From: Desulfurellales bacterium
GTDB lineage: Bacteria > Campylobacterota_A > Desulfurellia > Desulfurellales > Hippeaceae
Direction: 5' to 3'
Length of the DNA: 61,672 nt
Assembly: GCA_027045065.1 (NCBI GenBank)
Contig: JALUBE010000120.1
Span: forward strand, 1 to 61,672
The position numbers and the translations under genes are program-made. The notes beneath the pieces are model-generated. The model was not told where the DNA came from. It ran no database searches and was given only the letters and a program-made list of their open reading frames with translations. Below, piece by piece: positions 1 to 11,917 of the stretch. How positions within the stretch are numbered: position 1 is the stretch's first letter; each line of letters starts with the position of its first letter.

Positions 1-637
1 CTTCTATCTCTTTGAGTTCATCTTCAAGTTCTACTGCCGCCTCGCCCTCTTCGATCTCAAATCCATATTCCTCTGCAATGATTTTTGCTGCATCCTCGCT
101 GATTATGTCATTTTTCCTTGCCAAAACACCGAGTTCGAACAGTTTTGATAGTATTTCTGAAAAGTCAACGCCTAACTCTTGGGCAAACTCAAAGACAGTC
201 ATTGACGGATTGTATTTTATTGTTTTCTTCTCTTCCTCTGTTTCTGTTTCTTCTTTTTGGGTTTTTCTGTGTTTTTTTCTTTTCTTTAACTTTTTGGGTA
301 ATACTTCCTCTAAAAATTCCTTTTTCTTGTATCTTGGCTGTTTTTCAGTTTTTTTCCCTTTTTCTAACTTTTTCTCTTCCTCGACTTTTTCTTTTTTCTT
401 TTTCTTTTTTTCCTCTTTTTTCTTTTCTCTTACCTCTTTTATCGCCTGTTTCTTGCTTTTGTTCCATTCTTCTATGAATTTTTCGGCATCTTTTTCCTCA
501 ACACCGCTGAAGTTACTCTTAACGGCTATGCCCATGTCGTTGAGTTTTTTTATCACTATGTTACTTTTGGTGTTAAGTCTCCTTGCTATCTCATAAACCC
601 TTATTTTCTTTGGCTTTTTATTTTCATTTTTACTCAT
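1..637 (-). CDS. infB: Translation initiation factor IF-2, N-terminal part (runs off window; not in ORF track)
   Basis: Read manually: ATG at 637 after GGAGG, giving MSKNENKKPKKIRVYEIARRLNTKSNIVIKKLNDMGIAVKSNFS... then a Lys/Glu-rich linker; directly downstream of nusA. Confidence 0.93.
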   Translation of the reverse strand, partial: MSKNENKKPKKIRVYEIARRLNTKSNIVIKKLNDMGIAVKSNFSGVEEKDAEKFIEEWNKSKKQAIKEVREKKKEEKKKKKKEKVEEEKKLEKGKKTEKQPRYKKKEFLEEVLPKKLKKRKKHRKTQKEETETEEEKKTIKYNPSMTVFEFAQELGVDFSEILSKLFELGVLARKNDIISEDAAKIIAEEYGFEIEEGEAAVELEDELKEIE

Positions 638-1706
638 TGTTACCTCCATTGTCACTGTTTAAACCCTCTTCTGAGTCTTCCCTTTCGGCTATTTTTAGTA
701 TGTCTATGTTATAACCCGTTAATTTTGCGGCCAATTTTGCATTTACTCCGCCCTTTCCTATGGCCATTGAGTATTCCGATTCGTCTACATAGACCTTTGC
801 TTTCTTTAGGTCCTCATCTATTTCCACGGATATTACCTTTGCTGGAGACATGGCGTTTCTTATGTATATTGAAGGATCCGCGCTCCACTTAACAACGTCG
901 ATCTTTTCATCCCCTAATTCCCTAACTATCGCCGCTATTCTCACGCCTTTTGAACCAACGCATGTACCTATTGGATCAATCCTTGAGTCTTTGGAATAAA
1001 CGGCGACCTTTGTGCGCCTTGAGGGTTCTCGTGCCACTGCCTTTATCTCGACAGAGCCTTCTCTAACCTCAGGAACTTCCTTTTTGAACAGTTCTTTAAC
1101 AAACCCAGGATGAGTTCTTGACAGTATCAAACGCACATTTTTGGGATCTTCAACAACATCTAATACGTAAGCCCGAACTACTTCTCCTACAACATATTTA
1201 TCATTTATGCCTTGTTCTCTTTTTGGTAGTATTCCAATTGCATTTTTAAAATCTATAATTACGTTGTTGTTTGCCCCAATACTCCACACTTCTCCTGCAA
1301 CGATTTCTCCAATTTTCTTTTTGTATTCCTCGTATGCTTTGTGTTTTTCCACATCCCTAAGCAATTTTGTGATGACGTTTTTTATTTTGGTAACGGCTAT
1401 TCTGCCCAAACTCCGTGCATCAACCTTTTTTTCTATGTAGTCACCCTCTTTTGCGTCCTTTTTTATCTTTTTTGCCTCTTCTAAACTTATTTCATTTTCC
1501 CTCATGGGGTTTTTCGTAACCCTTTTCTTTACGAAAACGTCGAATACATCGTTTTCTATATCCTTTTCGATCCTAACCTCTGCTTCGTCTCCATATTTTT
1601 TTGTTATAGCTATCTTTAGTGCATCTGCTAAGTAATCTGTTACCATTTTCAAGTCAATGTCGTGCTCCTCGGAAATCTTTTTTGCTATGTCCAGTATCTC
1701 GCTCAC
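630..1706 (-). CDS. nusA: Transcription termination/antitermination factor NusA
   Basis: S1 and KH domains: LSRTHP, AREPSRRTKVAV, DPIGTCVGSKGVRI, AIGKGGVNAKLAAKLTG. Confidence 0.97.
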   Translation of the reverse strand: MSEILDIAKKISEEHDIDLKMVTDYLADALKIAITKKYGDEAEVRIEKDIENDVFDVFVKKRVTKNPMRENEISLEEAKKIKKDAKEGDYIEKKVDARSLGRIAVTKIKNVITKLLRDVEKHKAYEEYKKKIGEIVAGEVWSIGANNNVIIDFKNAIGILPKREQGINDKYVVGEVVRAYVLDVVEDPKNVRLILSRTHPGFVKELFKKEVPEVREGSVEIKAVAREPSRRTKVAVYSKDSRIDPIGTCVGSKGVRIAAIVRELGDEKIDVVKWSADPSIYIRNAMSPAKVISVEIDEDLKKAKVYVDESEYSMAIGKGGVNAKLAAKLTGYNIDILKIAEREDSEEGLNSDNGGNNE

Positions 1707-1716
1707 GCCACCCTCC

Positions 1717-2139
1717 TTAAATCTCGTCTACTCGTGCTTTCTTTATATTGTCAAATTGAATTTTTGTTTCCCCAATAACAATTCCATCGTCAGTGCATTC
1801 TTTTAAAACACCCTTGAAGGTGTTGTTGTTGTCTATCGGAAAATGCGTATGCACTAAACATTTTTTTCCAATAGCAGACAAAAAATGTTCCTTTGTTTTT
1901 AGTTTCCTATTTATACCCGGACTTGAAACCTCAAGCACGTAACTTGTTGGAAAAGGATCTTTTACATCCAAAAGTGCTGATATGTTTTTACTCACCGCTT
2001 CACAATCGTTTATTGTTACACCGCCTTCTTTGTCTATGTATATGGTAATCTTCCTCGTTTTCACCTCTATATCGTAAACGTTAAATCCTAAAGATTCCAC
2101 GACAACACTAATATCCTTTCTCAGCTCTTCGTCAAGCAT
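1717..2139 (-). CDS. rimP: Ribosome maturation factor RimP
   Basis: IDKEGGVTINDC, YVLEVSSPGINR; rimP-nusA-infB order. Confidence 0.95.
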   Translation of the reverse strand: MLDEELRKDISVVVESLGFNVYDIEVKTRKITIYIDKEGGVTINDCEAVSKNISALLDVKDPFPTSYVLEVSSPGINRKLKTKEHFLSAIGKKCLVHTHFPIDNNNTFKGVLKECTDDGIVIGETKIQFDNIKKARVDEI

Positions 2140-2170
2140 CTTTTTTCACCCTTTATTTTTAAATTAAAAG

Positions 2171-3013
2171 TTATTGCTCTTTCAACTTTACGGATTGCAG
2201 GGTATTGTAGAGGAGCATGGCAATTGTCATTGGACCTACGCCACCAGGTACGGGCGTAATATACGAAGCCTTTTTTGAGACATTTTCAAAATCCACATCA
2301 CCTACCACTTTTCCCTCTACCCTGCTAATCCCCACATCAATAACAACTGCTCCCTCTTTCACCATATCTTCAGTTATTAAACCCGGTTTCCCAACAGCAC
2401 TGATCAGTATATCAGCCCTTTTTGTTTTTTCTTTCAGGTTTTGCGTGTAAATATGACATATCTGTACGGTGGCCCCGGCATTTGTAAGCATCAAAGCCAT
2501 GGGTTTACCCGTGATATTGCCCGCACCCACCATAACAACGTCTTTTCCCTTAACATCAATAGAGTACTCTTCCATTAATCTCATAATACCCAATGGTGTG
2601 CAGGAGCTAAAGAGGGGATTTCCCCTTGCCAATCTTCCCATGTTGTATGGATGAAATCCGTCCACATCCTTTCTATAGTCAATAGCTTCTATTATTTTCT
2701 CCTCGTTTATGTGCTTTGGCAGTGGCAACTGAACCAAAATGCCATGAACCATTGGATTGTCATTTAACATTTTTATCACATCAATCAACTCTTTTTCTGT
2801 GATTTCCCTTGGCATTCTGTGGTTTATGGAGTAAATACCCACCTCTTCGCAGGCCTTTGTCTTCATATTTACATACACCTGGCTTGCAGGGTTATCGCCT
2901 ACCAAAATGAATGCAAGGCCAGGTATAATGCCCCTTTGCTTTAATTGATCAACCTCTTCCTTTATGGATAATCTAATCTTTTGTGATAGCTTTTTCCCGT
3001 CCAAGATCCCCAT
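2171..3013 (-). CDS. folD: Bifunctional methylene-THF dehydrogenase/cyclohydrolase
   Basis: HGILVQLPLP, KDVDGFHP, TPVPGGVGPMT. Confidence 0.97.
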   Translation of the reverse strand: MGILDGKKLSQKIRLSIKEEVDQLKQRGIIPGLAFILVGDNPASQVYVNMKTKACEEVGIYSINHRMPREITEKELIDVIKMLNDNPMVHGILVQLPLPKHINEEKIIEAIDYRKDVDGFHPYNMGRLARGNPLFSSCTPLGIMRLMEEYSIDVKGKDVVMVGAGNITGKPMALMLTNAGATVQICHIYTQNLKEKTKRADILISAVGKPGLITEDMVKEGAVVIDVGISRVEGKVVGDVDFENVSKKASYITPVPGGVGPMTIAMLLYNTLQSVKLKEQ

Positions 3014-3900
3014 TAACTCACCTTCTCTATGCGCGTTACTATCGCTCCATTTTTGAATATGGTTACATCACCTGTTGATTCCGAAACGACGATACTTATA
3101 GCCTTTGTCACGGCGGTTATCGATGCTGCCGCTATGTGCCTTGCGCCTAAGCCTTTGGGCAGGTCTTCGATTGTTGCAGATACAGATATGTATGCTCCTG
3201 CCGTTTCTATTACACCGTTACAATCTATTACAATGGCTCCATCTAAAAGGCTGTACTCTTTCAGTGTATCATCCAAATTTGCTTTTAAGATATTTCTCTC
3301 ATCGGGATCATAGCCCTTAAATGGATTAAAGATCATTTGCTTTACATTTTCCATTACATGTTCTTTGTCACCCAAAACAAAGATCGTTCCAACGCTCTTT
3401 CCTTCCCTACCCTGATTTGCAATCTCTAAAGCTATACGCAAAACCTTTTCAAACACCTCTGGCTTTACGGATTTCTCAAGGTCTATATCCCCTTTGAAAC
3501 TTAAAAGCTCCTTTTCTTTGGAAATATCCAGAAATAGGATTGTATCCACCTGCGACCCTGACCCGCTAAGGGCAATGACATCGTCGTCTTTCGATAAAAT
3601 GCCAGAGGATGTGCAAATCATTAGGGCAATTTTTATCTTATTGATTCTATCATACTTTACATTTGGTACTCTAACAATTTCTCCAATCTTTCTTAGGTCA
3701 TCTAATATGTCCCCGTTTTCTTCAAATTCGTTTTCCTTCATCACAATAATTTTTTTTACGCCGTTGTTTTTTAGCGTATCTTCGTCGTTTAAATATGTAG
3801 ATACGTCGCCGTAGTATACCAACAGCGTAGAATTTTCTTGGGTTTTTGCTATCTCTAACGCTTTTTTCAGTATTAACTTACTTGCTTCTAACGTTATCAT
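3013..3900 (-). CDS. Diadenylate cyclase (DisA_N/DAC domain), DacZ-like soluble architecture
   Basis: C-terminal DAC motifs EGKSVGTIFVLGD, LDGAIVID, GLGARHIAAASIT, VVSESTG; N-terminal alpha/beta domain; no TM helices. Confidence 0.85.
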   Translation of the reverse strand: MITLEASKLILKKALEIAKTQENSTLLVYYGDVSTYLNDEDTLKNNGVKKIIVMKENEFEENGDILDDLRKIGEIVRVPNVKYDRINKIKIALMICTSSGILSKDDDVIALSGSGSQVDTILFLDISKEKELLSFKGDIDLEKSVKPEVFEKVLRIALEIANQGREGKSVGTIFVLGDKEHVMENVKQMIFNPFKGYDPDERNILKANLDDTLKEYSLLDGAIVIDCNGVIETAGAYISVSATIEDLPKGLGARHIAAASITAVTKAISIVVSESTGDVTIFKNGAIVTRIEKVS

Positions 3901-4048
3901 ATTTTCCTTTGTCCTTTTGCTTATTTTTTAATGTCAAATCAAACGTAAAGTCTGGGCAATGGAGGGCAACGGTATCCCCCTGCATAAAGCGTTTTTTACA
4001 CGTTGCTCTCCATGCACATACGCTACACGATATCTTTTTATCTTCCAT
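3878..4048 (-). CDS. Small 56-aa four-cysteine protein (below ORF-track cutoff)
   Basis: Manual translation MEDKKISCSVCAWRATCKKRFMQGDTVALHCPDFTFDLTLKNKQKDKGKYDNVRSK*; starts 2 nt after the leuA stop and overlaps the DAC start, exactly filling the gap. Confidence 0.8.
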   Translation of the reverse strand: MEDKKISCSVCAWRATCKKRFMQGDTVALHCPDFTFDLTLKNKQKDKGKYDNVRSK

Positions 4049-4050
4049 AA

Positions 4051-5568
4051 CTACATCTTCATTAAGGCTTTGTTAATTGCATCCAAATAGGCTTTTGCAC
4101 TCGCTTCAATGATGTCTGTAGATGTGCCCCTGCCCAATATTGTATCATTTATGTCTGGGAAGTAAACCTTTACAATGACTTCACCTATTGCGTCCTTACC
4201 CTCTGTCAATGCCTGAATGTCGTAGCTCTTTAGCTTACCCCTCATGTACGTGATGCGCTCAAGTGCCTTAAACACGGCATCAACAGGACCATCACCCATC
4301 GCAGCATCTTCAAACTCTTCGCCATTTTTCACAAGCTTAATTGTAGCTGTTGGGCTTGCCGCATTGCCAGCAACGACCTGTAAAGATACAAGCTCGTATA
4401 CCTGTGGAATGAGTTTGTATTTATCCTCGATTAAGGCCCTCAAATCTTCATCAAATATCTCTTTCTTCTTGTCTGCAAGCTTTTTGAACTCCTCAAAAAT
4501 CTCGTCTATCTGCTCCTTTGTTAGGTGATAACCCAATTCCTTGAGCCTCTCCTCCAATCCATGTCTACCTGAGTGTTTGCCCAACACGAGTTTGCTTGTG
4601 TCTATTCCAACATCCTCAGGCTTCATTATTTCGTATGTGCTCTTTTCCTTGATTACGCCATCTTGATGTATGCCTGCTTCGTGTGCAAATGCATTCATAC
4701 CAACAATAGCCTTGTTTCTTTGTACTTTTAAACCCGTTAATTTACTTACCAATCTACTTGTTGGATAAATCTCCTTTGTGTTGATTTCAGTATAGCAATC
4801 TTTGTAGAAATCAGATCTAACTTTGAGTGCCATAACGATCTCTTCCATTGCGGCATTACCAGCCCTTTCGCCTATACCGTTAATGGTACATTCGACCTGC
4901 GTGGCTCCTGCCAGTATTGCACTTAAGGAATTAGCTGTTGCCATACCAAGATCATTGTGACAGTGGACACTAACAACCGCTTTGTCTATATTTGGTACCT
5001 TGTTCATGATGTATTTGATCAACTCGTAATACTCCTGTGGTGTTGTGTATCCAACCGTATCAGGAACATTTATCGTTGTTGCACCGGCGTCTATTGTTTT
5101 TTCGAATATCTCGCACAAATAGTCCCAGTCGCTTCGAGTTGCATCTTCTGCGGAGAATTCCACATCATCTGTAAAGTTTCTTGCATATTTTACAGCTTCT
5201 ACGGCTGCTTCTATTACACCTTCATAGGTCATACCCAATTTCTTTTCTACGTGTATGGGACTTGTGGCAATGAATGTATGTATTCTCTTTCTCTTTGCAT
5301 CCTTGAGTGCCTCAGCTGCAGCTTCTATATCTTTTTTAACGGCACGTGCAAGTGATGCTATTATGGGTTTTTCTAATTGTTTGGAAACTTCCTTTATGGC
5401 CTCTAAGTCTCCCGGACTGGCGGCTGCAAAGCCTGCTTCTATAACATCAACCCCTAATTTCTCAAGATGTTTGGCAATTGCAACCTTTTCGTTCACATTC
5501 ATACTTGCGCCAGGCGATTGCTCACCATCCCTTAACGTTGTATCAAAGATTATTATTTTTCTGCTCAT
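4051..5568 (-). CDS. leuA: 2-isopropylmalate synthase
   Basis: DTTLRDGEQSPG, HCHNDLG, GIGERAGN, HEAGIHQDG, C-terminal regulatory GDGPVDA. Confidence 0.97.
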   Translation of the reverse strand: MSRKIIIFDTTLRDGEQSPGASMNVNEKVAIAKHLEKLGVDVIEAGFAAASPGDLEAIKEVSKQLEKPIIASLARAVKKDIEAAAEALKDAKRKRIHTFIATSPIHVEKKLGMTYEGVIEAAVEAVKYARNFTDDVEFSAEDATRSDWDYLCEIFEKTIDAGATTINVPDTVGYTTPQEYYELIKYIMNKVPNIDKAVVSVHCHNDLGMATANSLSAILAGATQVECTINGIGERAGNAAMEEIVMALKVRSDFYKDCYTEINTKEIYPTSRLVSKLTGLKVQRNKAIVGMNAFAHEAGIHQDGVIKEKSTYEIMKPEDVGIDTSKLVLGKHSGRHGLEERLKELGYHLTKEQIDEIFEEFKKLADKKKEIFDEDLRALIEDKYKLIPQVYELVSLQVVAGNAASPTATIKLVKNGEEFEDAAMGDGPVDAVFKALERITYMRGKLKSYDIQALTEGKDAIGEVIVKVYFPDINDTILGRGTSTDIIEASAKAYLDAINKALMKM

Positions 5569-6288
5569 AACTCACCCCCCTGTTTTCTCTTTTTACAATT
5601 TTTAGTGCTTTCAATGCATATTCCGTTGGTCCTGAAAGCATATATGCGAATGCTATTGTTGGTATGAATATGTATGGTTTGAAGACAACAAGAGATAAAC
5701 CAAGAATTATCAGTGCGAATATCCTGATTGATATGGTTTTATTTGTGCTTGCCTTTTTGAAGCTCCTGTATTTGATTGGACTTATCATGAGAAAGGCCAA
5801 TGTATACATGGTAATCAAAAATATAACATCAAATCTCTGTGAATTTATGTTGTACTTTAGGAATAAGAGAATTATCGATGAAACAACGGCTGCGCCACCT
5901 GGTATGGGCAAACCGATAAAGAATTCCTTCTGTGTTGTTTGCACATTGAAACGTGCAAGTCTTAATGCACCGCAAATCAAAAACAGAAACGATGCAATTA
6001 TACCCAAACGACCAAAGTCCTTTAACACGAAGGTGTAGACAAGGAAAGCTGGTGCAACGCCGAAGCTCACAAGGTCGCTTAAAGAGTCGTATTCCACACC
6101 AAATTGACTCTCTGTGTGCGTTAAACGTGCAACCTTTCCATCTAAATTGTCAAAAAGGACAGCAAGCATTATTACCCACGCTGCATACAACCACTTACCG
6201 TCTTTGGCTAACAAAATGCTATAAAAACCCGCTGCCAAATTAACCGTTGTAAACAGGTTTGGCAGAATGTAAACTGCTCTTCTTTTTT

Positions 6289-6292
<4 letters not shown>
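5543..6292 (-). CDS. pssA: CDP-diacylglycerol-serine O-phosphatidyltransferase
   Basis: LPNLFT, DNLDGKVAR..S.FGVEYDSLSD, LRLARFN, FIGLPIP; next to psd. Confidence 0.93.
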
Positions 6293-8445
<2,153 letters not shown>

Positions 8446-8460
8446 TGCCCACTCCTTTCT

Positions 8461-10155
8461 TTATGTAAGCAGCATATTGTTTAGCGAGGCTCCAGCTGGA
8501 ACCATTGGATATACGTTTTCTTCTCTTGCGATTATTACATCCAAGAGATACGGTCCTTTGTATGCTACAAGTTCTCTTAGTGCATCCTCAACCTCTTCTT
8601 TTTTCCTTATTCTGCGAGCCTTTAAACCGTAGCTTTCGGCTAATTTTACAAAATCAGGTTGAACTTCTATGTTTGTGTTTGCATATCTTCTACCGTAAAA
8701 TAGCTGCTGCCACTGTCTAACCATGCCGAGATATCCATTGTTTAGGATAATTGTTTTTACGGCTTTATTGTAAGCCACAATTGTAGCAAGCTCTTGTTCG
8801 TTCATTTGAAAACTGCCATCTCCTGCAATTACGTAAACGGGTTTATCTTCAAATCCAAATTTAGCGCCGATGCCTGCAGGAAAACCATATCCCATTGTCC
8901 CAAGACCGCCCGAAGTTAGCAATCTTCTTGGTTTTTTGAATGTATAAAATTGGGCTACCCACATCTGATGTTGGCCCACTTCCGTTGAGATTATTGGATC
9001 TTCATCTCTGGTAAGTTTTGCTAATTTTTCAATTACGTATTGGGGTTTGATCTCGTCTGTTTGCATGTCGTAGGCCAATTTGTGCTCATTTTTCCATTTT
9101 TCTATTTGTTCTAACCACGGCTTTCTTACTTCTTTCCAATCGACGGATGAGTATTGGTCAAATAAGGGTAACATCTCTTGTAAAACGAGTTTTGCATCAC
9201 CAACAAGTGGATAATCGACTTTTATGTTTTTACTTATGCTTGTTGGGTCTATATCTATGTGCACGATCTTTGCATAGGGTGCAAAGTCTGATACCTTACC
9301 CGTTACCCTATCGTCAAATCGTGCACCAATGGATATCAACAAATCACAGTACTGTATGGCCATATTTGCCCTGTATGTTCCGTGCATTCCGGCCATCCCT
9401 AAGCTTAACTCATCATCTTCTGGAAACGCTCCTATACCCATTAAAGTTGTAAAAACAGGAATCTGTAGTTTTTTTGCCAATTTGTATATCTCTTCATGTG
9501 CACCTGAGATTATCGCCCCACCACCCACGTATAAAAGGGGTTTCTTTGCACTTGCTATGGCTTTAACAACCTTTCTAATTTGTTTAGGATTGCCATGGTA
9601 GGTGGGATTGTATCCCCTTATGTGGATTGTTTCTGGGTATTTAAATTCTGCTTTTGCCACTTGAACATCTTTTGGAAAGTCAATCAATACAGGCCCAGGC
9701 CTGCCCGTTGTTGCTATATGAAACGCCTTTTTTATGGTTGTAGCAAGTTCGTTTACATCTTTGACCAAAAAGTTGTATTTTGTGCACGACCTCGACATTC
9801 CAACAATATCTGCTTCCTGAAACGCGTCGTTTCCAATCAACGGTGTTGGTACTTGTCCAGTAAAAACAATAATGGGTACTGAATCCATATACGCCGTTGC
9901 CAAACCTGTTATTGTGTTTGTGGCACCAGGCCCGCTTGTTACAAGCACCACTCCAGGTTTTCCTGTGGCCCTTGCATAACCATCGGCCATATGCACCGCT
10001 GCCTGCTCGTGCCTTGTTAAGATGAACTTAATGTCGTCTTGTCTGTATAGCGCATCGTGTAGATCTATAATGGCGCCTCCTGGGATACCAAATAGGTATT
10101 CAACGCCCTCTTTTTTTAGACTTTCTATAAATATCTCTGCCCCCGTAAGTTTCAT
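8461..10155 (-). CDS. ilvB: Acetolactate synthase large subunit, biosynthetic
   Basis: [41 protein letters not shown] motif. Confidence 0.97.
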   Translation of the reverse strand: MKLTGAEIFIESLKKEGVEYLFGIPGGAIIDLHDALYRQDDIKFILTRHEQAAVHMADGYARATGKPGVVLVTSGPGATNTITGLATAYMDSVPIIVFTGQVPTPLIGNDAFQEADIVGMSRSCTKYNFLVKDVNELATTIKKAFHIATTGRPGPVLIDFPKDVQVAKAEFKYPETIHIRGYNPTYHGNPKQIRKVVKAIASAKKPLLYVGGGAIISGAHEEIYKLAKKLQIPVFTTLMGIGAFPEDDELSLGMAGMHGTYRANMAIQYCDLLISIGARFDDRVTGKVSDFAPYAKIVHIDIDPTSISKNIKVDYPLVGDAKLVLQEMLPLFDQYSSVDWKEVRKPWLEQIEKWKNEHKLAYDMQTDEIKPQYVIEKLAKLTRDEDPIISTEVGQHQMWVAQFYTFKKPRRLLTSGGLGTMGYGFPAGIGAKFGFEDKPVYVIAGDGSFQMNEQELATIVAYNKAVKTIILNNGYLGMVRQWQQLFYGRRYANTNIEVQPDFVKLAESYGLKARRIRKKEEVEDALRELVAYKGPYLLDVIIAREENVYPMVPAGASLNNMLLT

Positions 10156-10222
10156 CGCTCCTCCTTCAAAAAAAGGGTTATAAATTTTAAGAAGTTCTTC
10201 TCCCCCTCAAATTTGGATGTCA

Positions 10223-10250
10223 ATTATATAAAAAAAAACATCCTATTCAA
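10223..10250 (-). promoter_or_regulatory. Putative sigma70 promoter of the ilvB operon
   Basis: Minus strand TTGAAT-16 nt-TATAAT. Confidence 0.55.
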
Positions 10251-10315
10251 GAAAAAAATTGCTTTTTTGTGTGAAATGTGTAATAATGCACAATCAATTT
10301 TTTGGAGGATTTTTG

Positions 10316-10738
10316 ATGAAGGTTGAGAAAGGTAAGACCGTAAGGATGCACTACACGGGTATGTTGGAAGATGGAACGATCTTTGACACATCTGAAGGCA
10401 AGGAACCATTGGAGTTCGTTTACGGGGAAGGAAGCATTATCCCAGCTTTGGAAGAGCAACTTGAGGGTATGGAAGAGGGAGAGAAGAAGCAGATTACAGT
10501 CAAGGCTGAAGATGCCTACGGTGAAGTTGATCCGTCCGCAATTCAGCAAGTGCCAAGAAGCCAATTGCCCAGCAATATAGATCCAAAGGTGGGGATGCAG
10601 CTATTAGCTCAAACGGAAACGGCGAGTATCCCTGTGACGATTATTGATGTTGACGAAGAGACAGTTACCATCGATTTTAACCATCCATTAGCGGGAAAAG
10701 ACCTTATATTTGACGTTGAGATTGTAAGCGTTAGCTAA
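10316..10738 (+). CDS. slyD: FKBP-type peptidyl-prolyl isomerase (SlyD-like, no His-rich tail)
   Basis: HYTGMLEDGTIFDTS, DFNHPLAGKDLIFDVEI; start moved to ATG 10316 after GGAGGA. Confidence 0.9.
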   Translation: MKVEKGKTVRMHYTGMLEDGTIFDTSEGKEPLEFVYGEGSIIPALEEQLEGMEEGEKKQITVKAEDAYGEVDPSAIQQVPRSQLPSNIDPKVGMQLLAQTETASIPVTIIDVDEETVTIDFNHPLAGKDLIFDVEIVSVS

Positions 10739-10751
10739 AAAAGACTTTAAG

Positions 10752-10775
10752 CCTGGGCTGAGGAGTCAGCCCAGG
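10752..10775. terminator. GC-rich hairpin between convergent genes, probable terminator
   Basis: Perfect 10-bp inverted repeat CCTGGGCTGA-ggag-TCAGCCCAGG overlapping the stop codon of the sigma54 activator. Confidence 0.65.
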
Positions 10776-11917
10776 TTGTGTAAAAAAATCTCGTTTGGTG
10801 TTATCCTCTCCTTCTCTGCTAAAACGACAGCCCTTTCAATCACATTTTGCAATTCCCTGATATTACCTGGCCACGGGTAATTAATGAGTAGTTCAAGTGC
10901 GCTATCAGTTATATCTTCAACGTTTTTATTGAATTTATTTGAGAAGTTCTTTAGGAAAAATTTGGCGAGTTCCGGTATTTCCTCTTTCCTTTCCCTAAGT
11001 GGCGGTATTTTGATTGGAAAGACACTGATCCTATAGTATAGGTCTTCTCTAAAATTACCCTCTTTTACCTCTTGCTCAATATTCCTGTTTGTTGTGCATA
11101 TAATTCTCACATCCACCTTTATCGGCTCTGTTCCGCCTATTCTATCTATTGTCTTTTCTTGGATAACCCTGAGTAGTTTAGCCTGGAGTTCGAGGGGCAT
11201 TTCGCTTATTTCATCCAACAGTAGCGTTCCGTGGTTTGCCTGTTCAAACTTCCCCGGATGGGTCTTTATTGCCCCACTGAAGGCGCCCTTTTCATAGCCA
11301 AACATCTCGCTTTCCAAAAGATTTGACGGTATGGCTGCACAGTTTACGGCGACAAAATTACCTTTAGCTCTCTTACTCTTTTCATGTATAAACCTTGCCA
11401 AAACCTCTTTGCCTGTACCACTTTCACCTATTAACAACACCGTTGCGTCTGTTTCTGCTACCTTTTTTGCAAGTTCCACAATCTTTTTCATCGATGAACT
11501 TGTAAAGATCAATTGTTCCTTAGGCTCCTCTGTTTTATTTGTTTCTTTTGAAAGATTTGAATGTGATATGGCCAGGTTGATTACCTTTTTGAGTGCTTCT
11601 TGTGAGAATGGTTTTAAAATAAAGTCAAAAGCACCTAACTTCATGGATTCAACAGCCGTTTTAACGTCGCCAAAGGCTGTTATCATAACAAATGGTGTTT
11701 CAGGAGTTATCTTTTTCACTTCCCTTAAAAACTCTACACCATCGATTTTTGGCATTTTTAGGTCGCTTATGATCGCATCGAATTGTTCTTTTTTTAGATA
11801 TCTTAGCGCTTCTCTTGCGTCCTTTGCAACCTTTGGTTCAAAATTTAGGTGTTTTAATGTGGCAGAAAGCGCCACCCTCATTTGCTCATCGTCATCTACG
11901 ACCAGTATCCTATACAT
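10766..11917 (-). CDS. flgR: Sigma54-dependent response regulator (REC + AAA+, no HTH), FlgR/FleR-like
   Basis: REC VVDDD..SDLKMP..KPF; GESGTGKE, GAFSGA, LDEISEM, WPGNIREL; ends right after the AAA+ domain. Confidence 0.75.
   Translation of the reverse strand: MYRILVVDDDEQMRVALSATLKHLNFEPKVAKDAREALRYLKKEQFDAIISDLKMPKIDGVEFLREVKKITPETPFVMITAFGDVKTAVESMKLGAFDFILKPFSQEALKKVINLAISHSNLSKETNKTEEPKEQLIFTSSSMKKIVELAKKVAETDATVLLIGESGTGKEVLARFIHEKSKRAKGNFVAVNCAAIPSNLLESEMFGYEKGAFSGAIKTHPGKFEQANHGTLLLDEISEMPLELQAKLLRVIQEKTIDRIGGTEPIKVDVRIICTTNRNIEQEVKEGNFREDLYYRISVFPIKIPPLRERKEEIPELAKFFLKNFSNKFNKNVEDITDSALELLINYPWPGNIRELQNVIERAVVLAEKERITPNEIFLHNLG

Noticed and set aside
225-480. T/C-rich low-complexity tract resembling a simple repeat
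   Set aside because: Encodes the K/E-rich IF-2 linker; no regular repeat unit
12-596. 194-aa Ser/Phe-rich plus-strand ORF (and 118-477)
   Set aside because: Antisense shadow of the Lys/Glu-rich infB N-terminus
10739-10768. TGA stop inside a hairpin as possible selenocysteine readthrough restoring an HTH
   Set aside because: The readthrough frame runs antisense into slyD and is not HTH-like; the hairpin is better explained as a terminator
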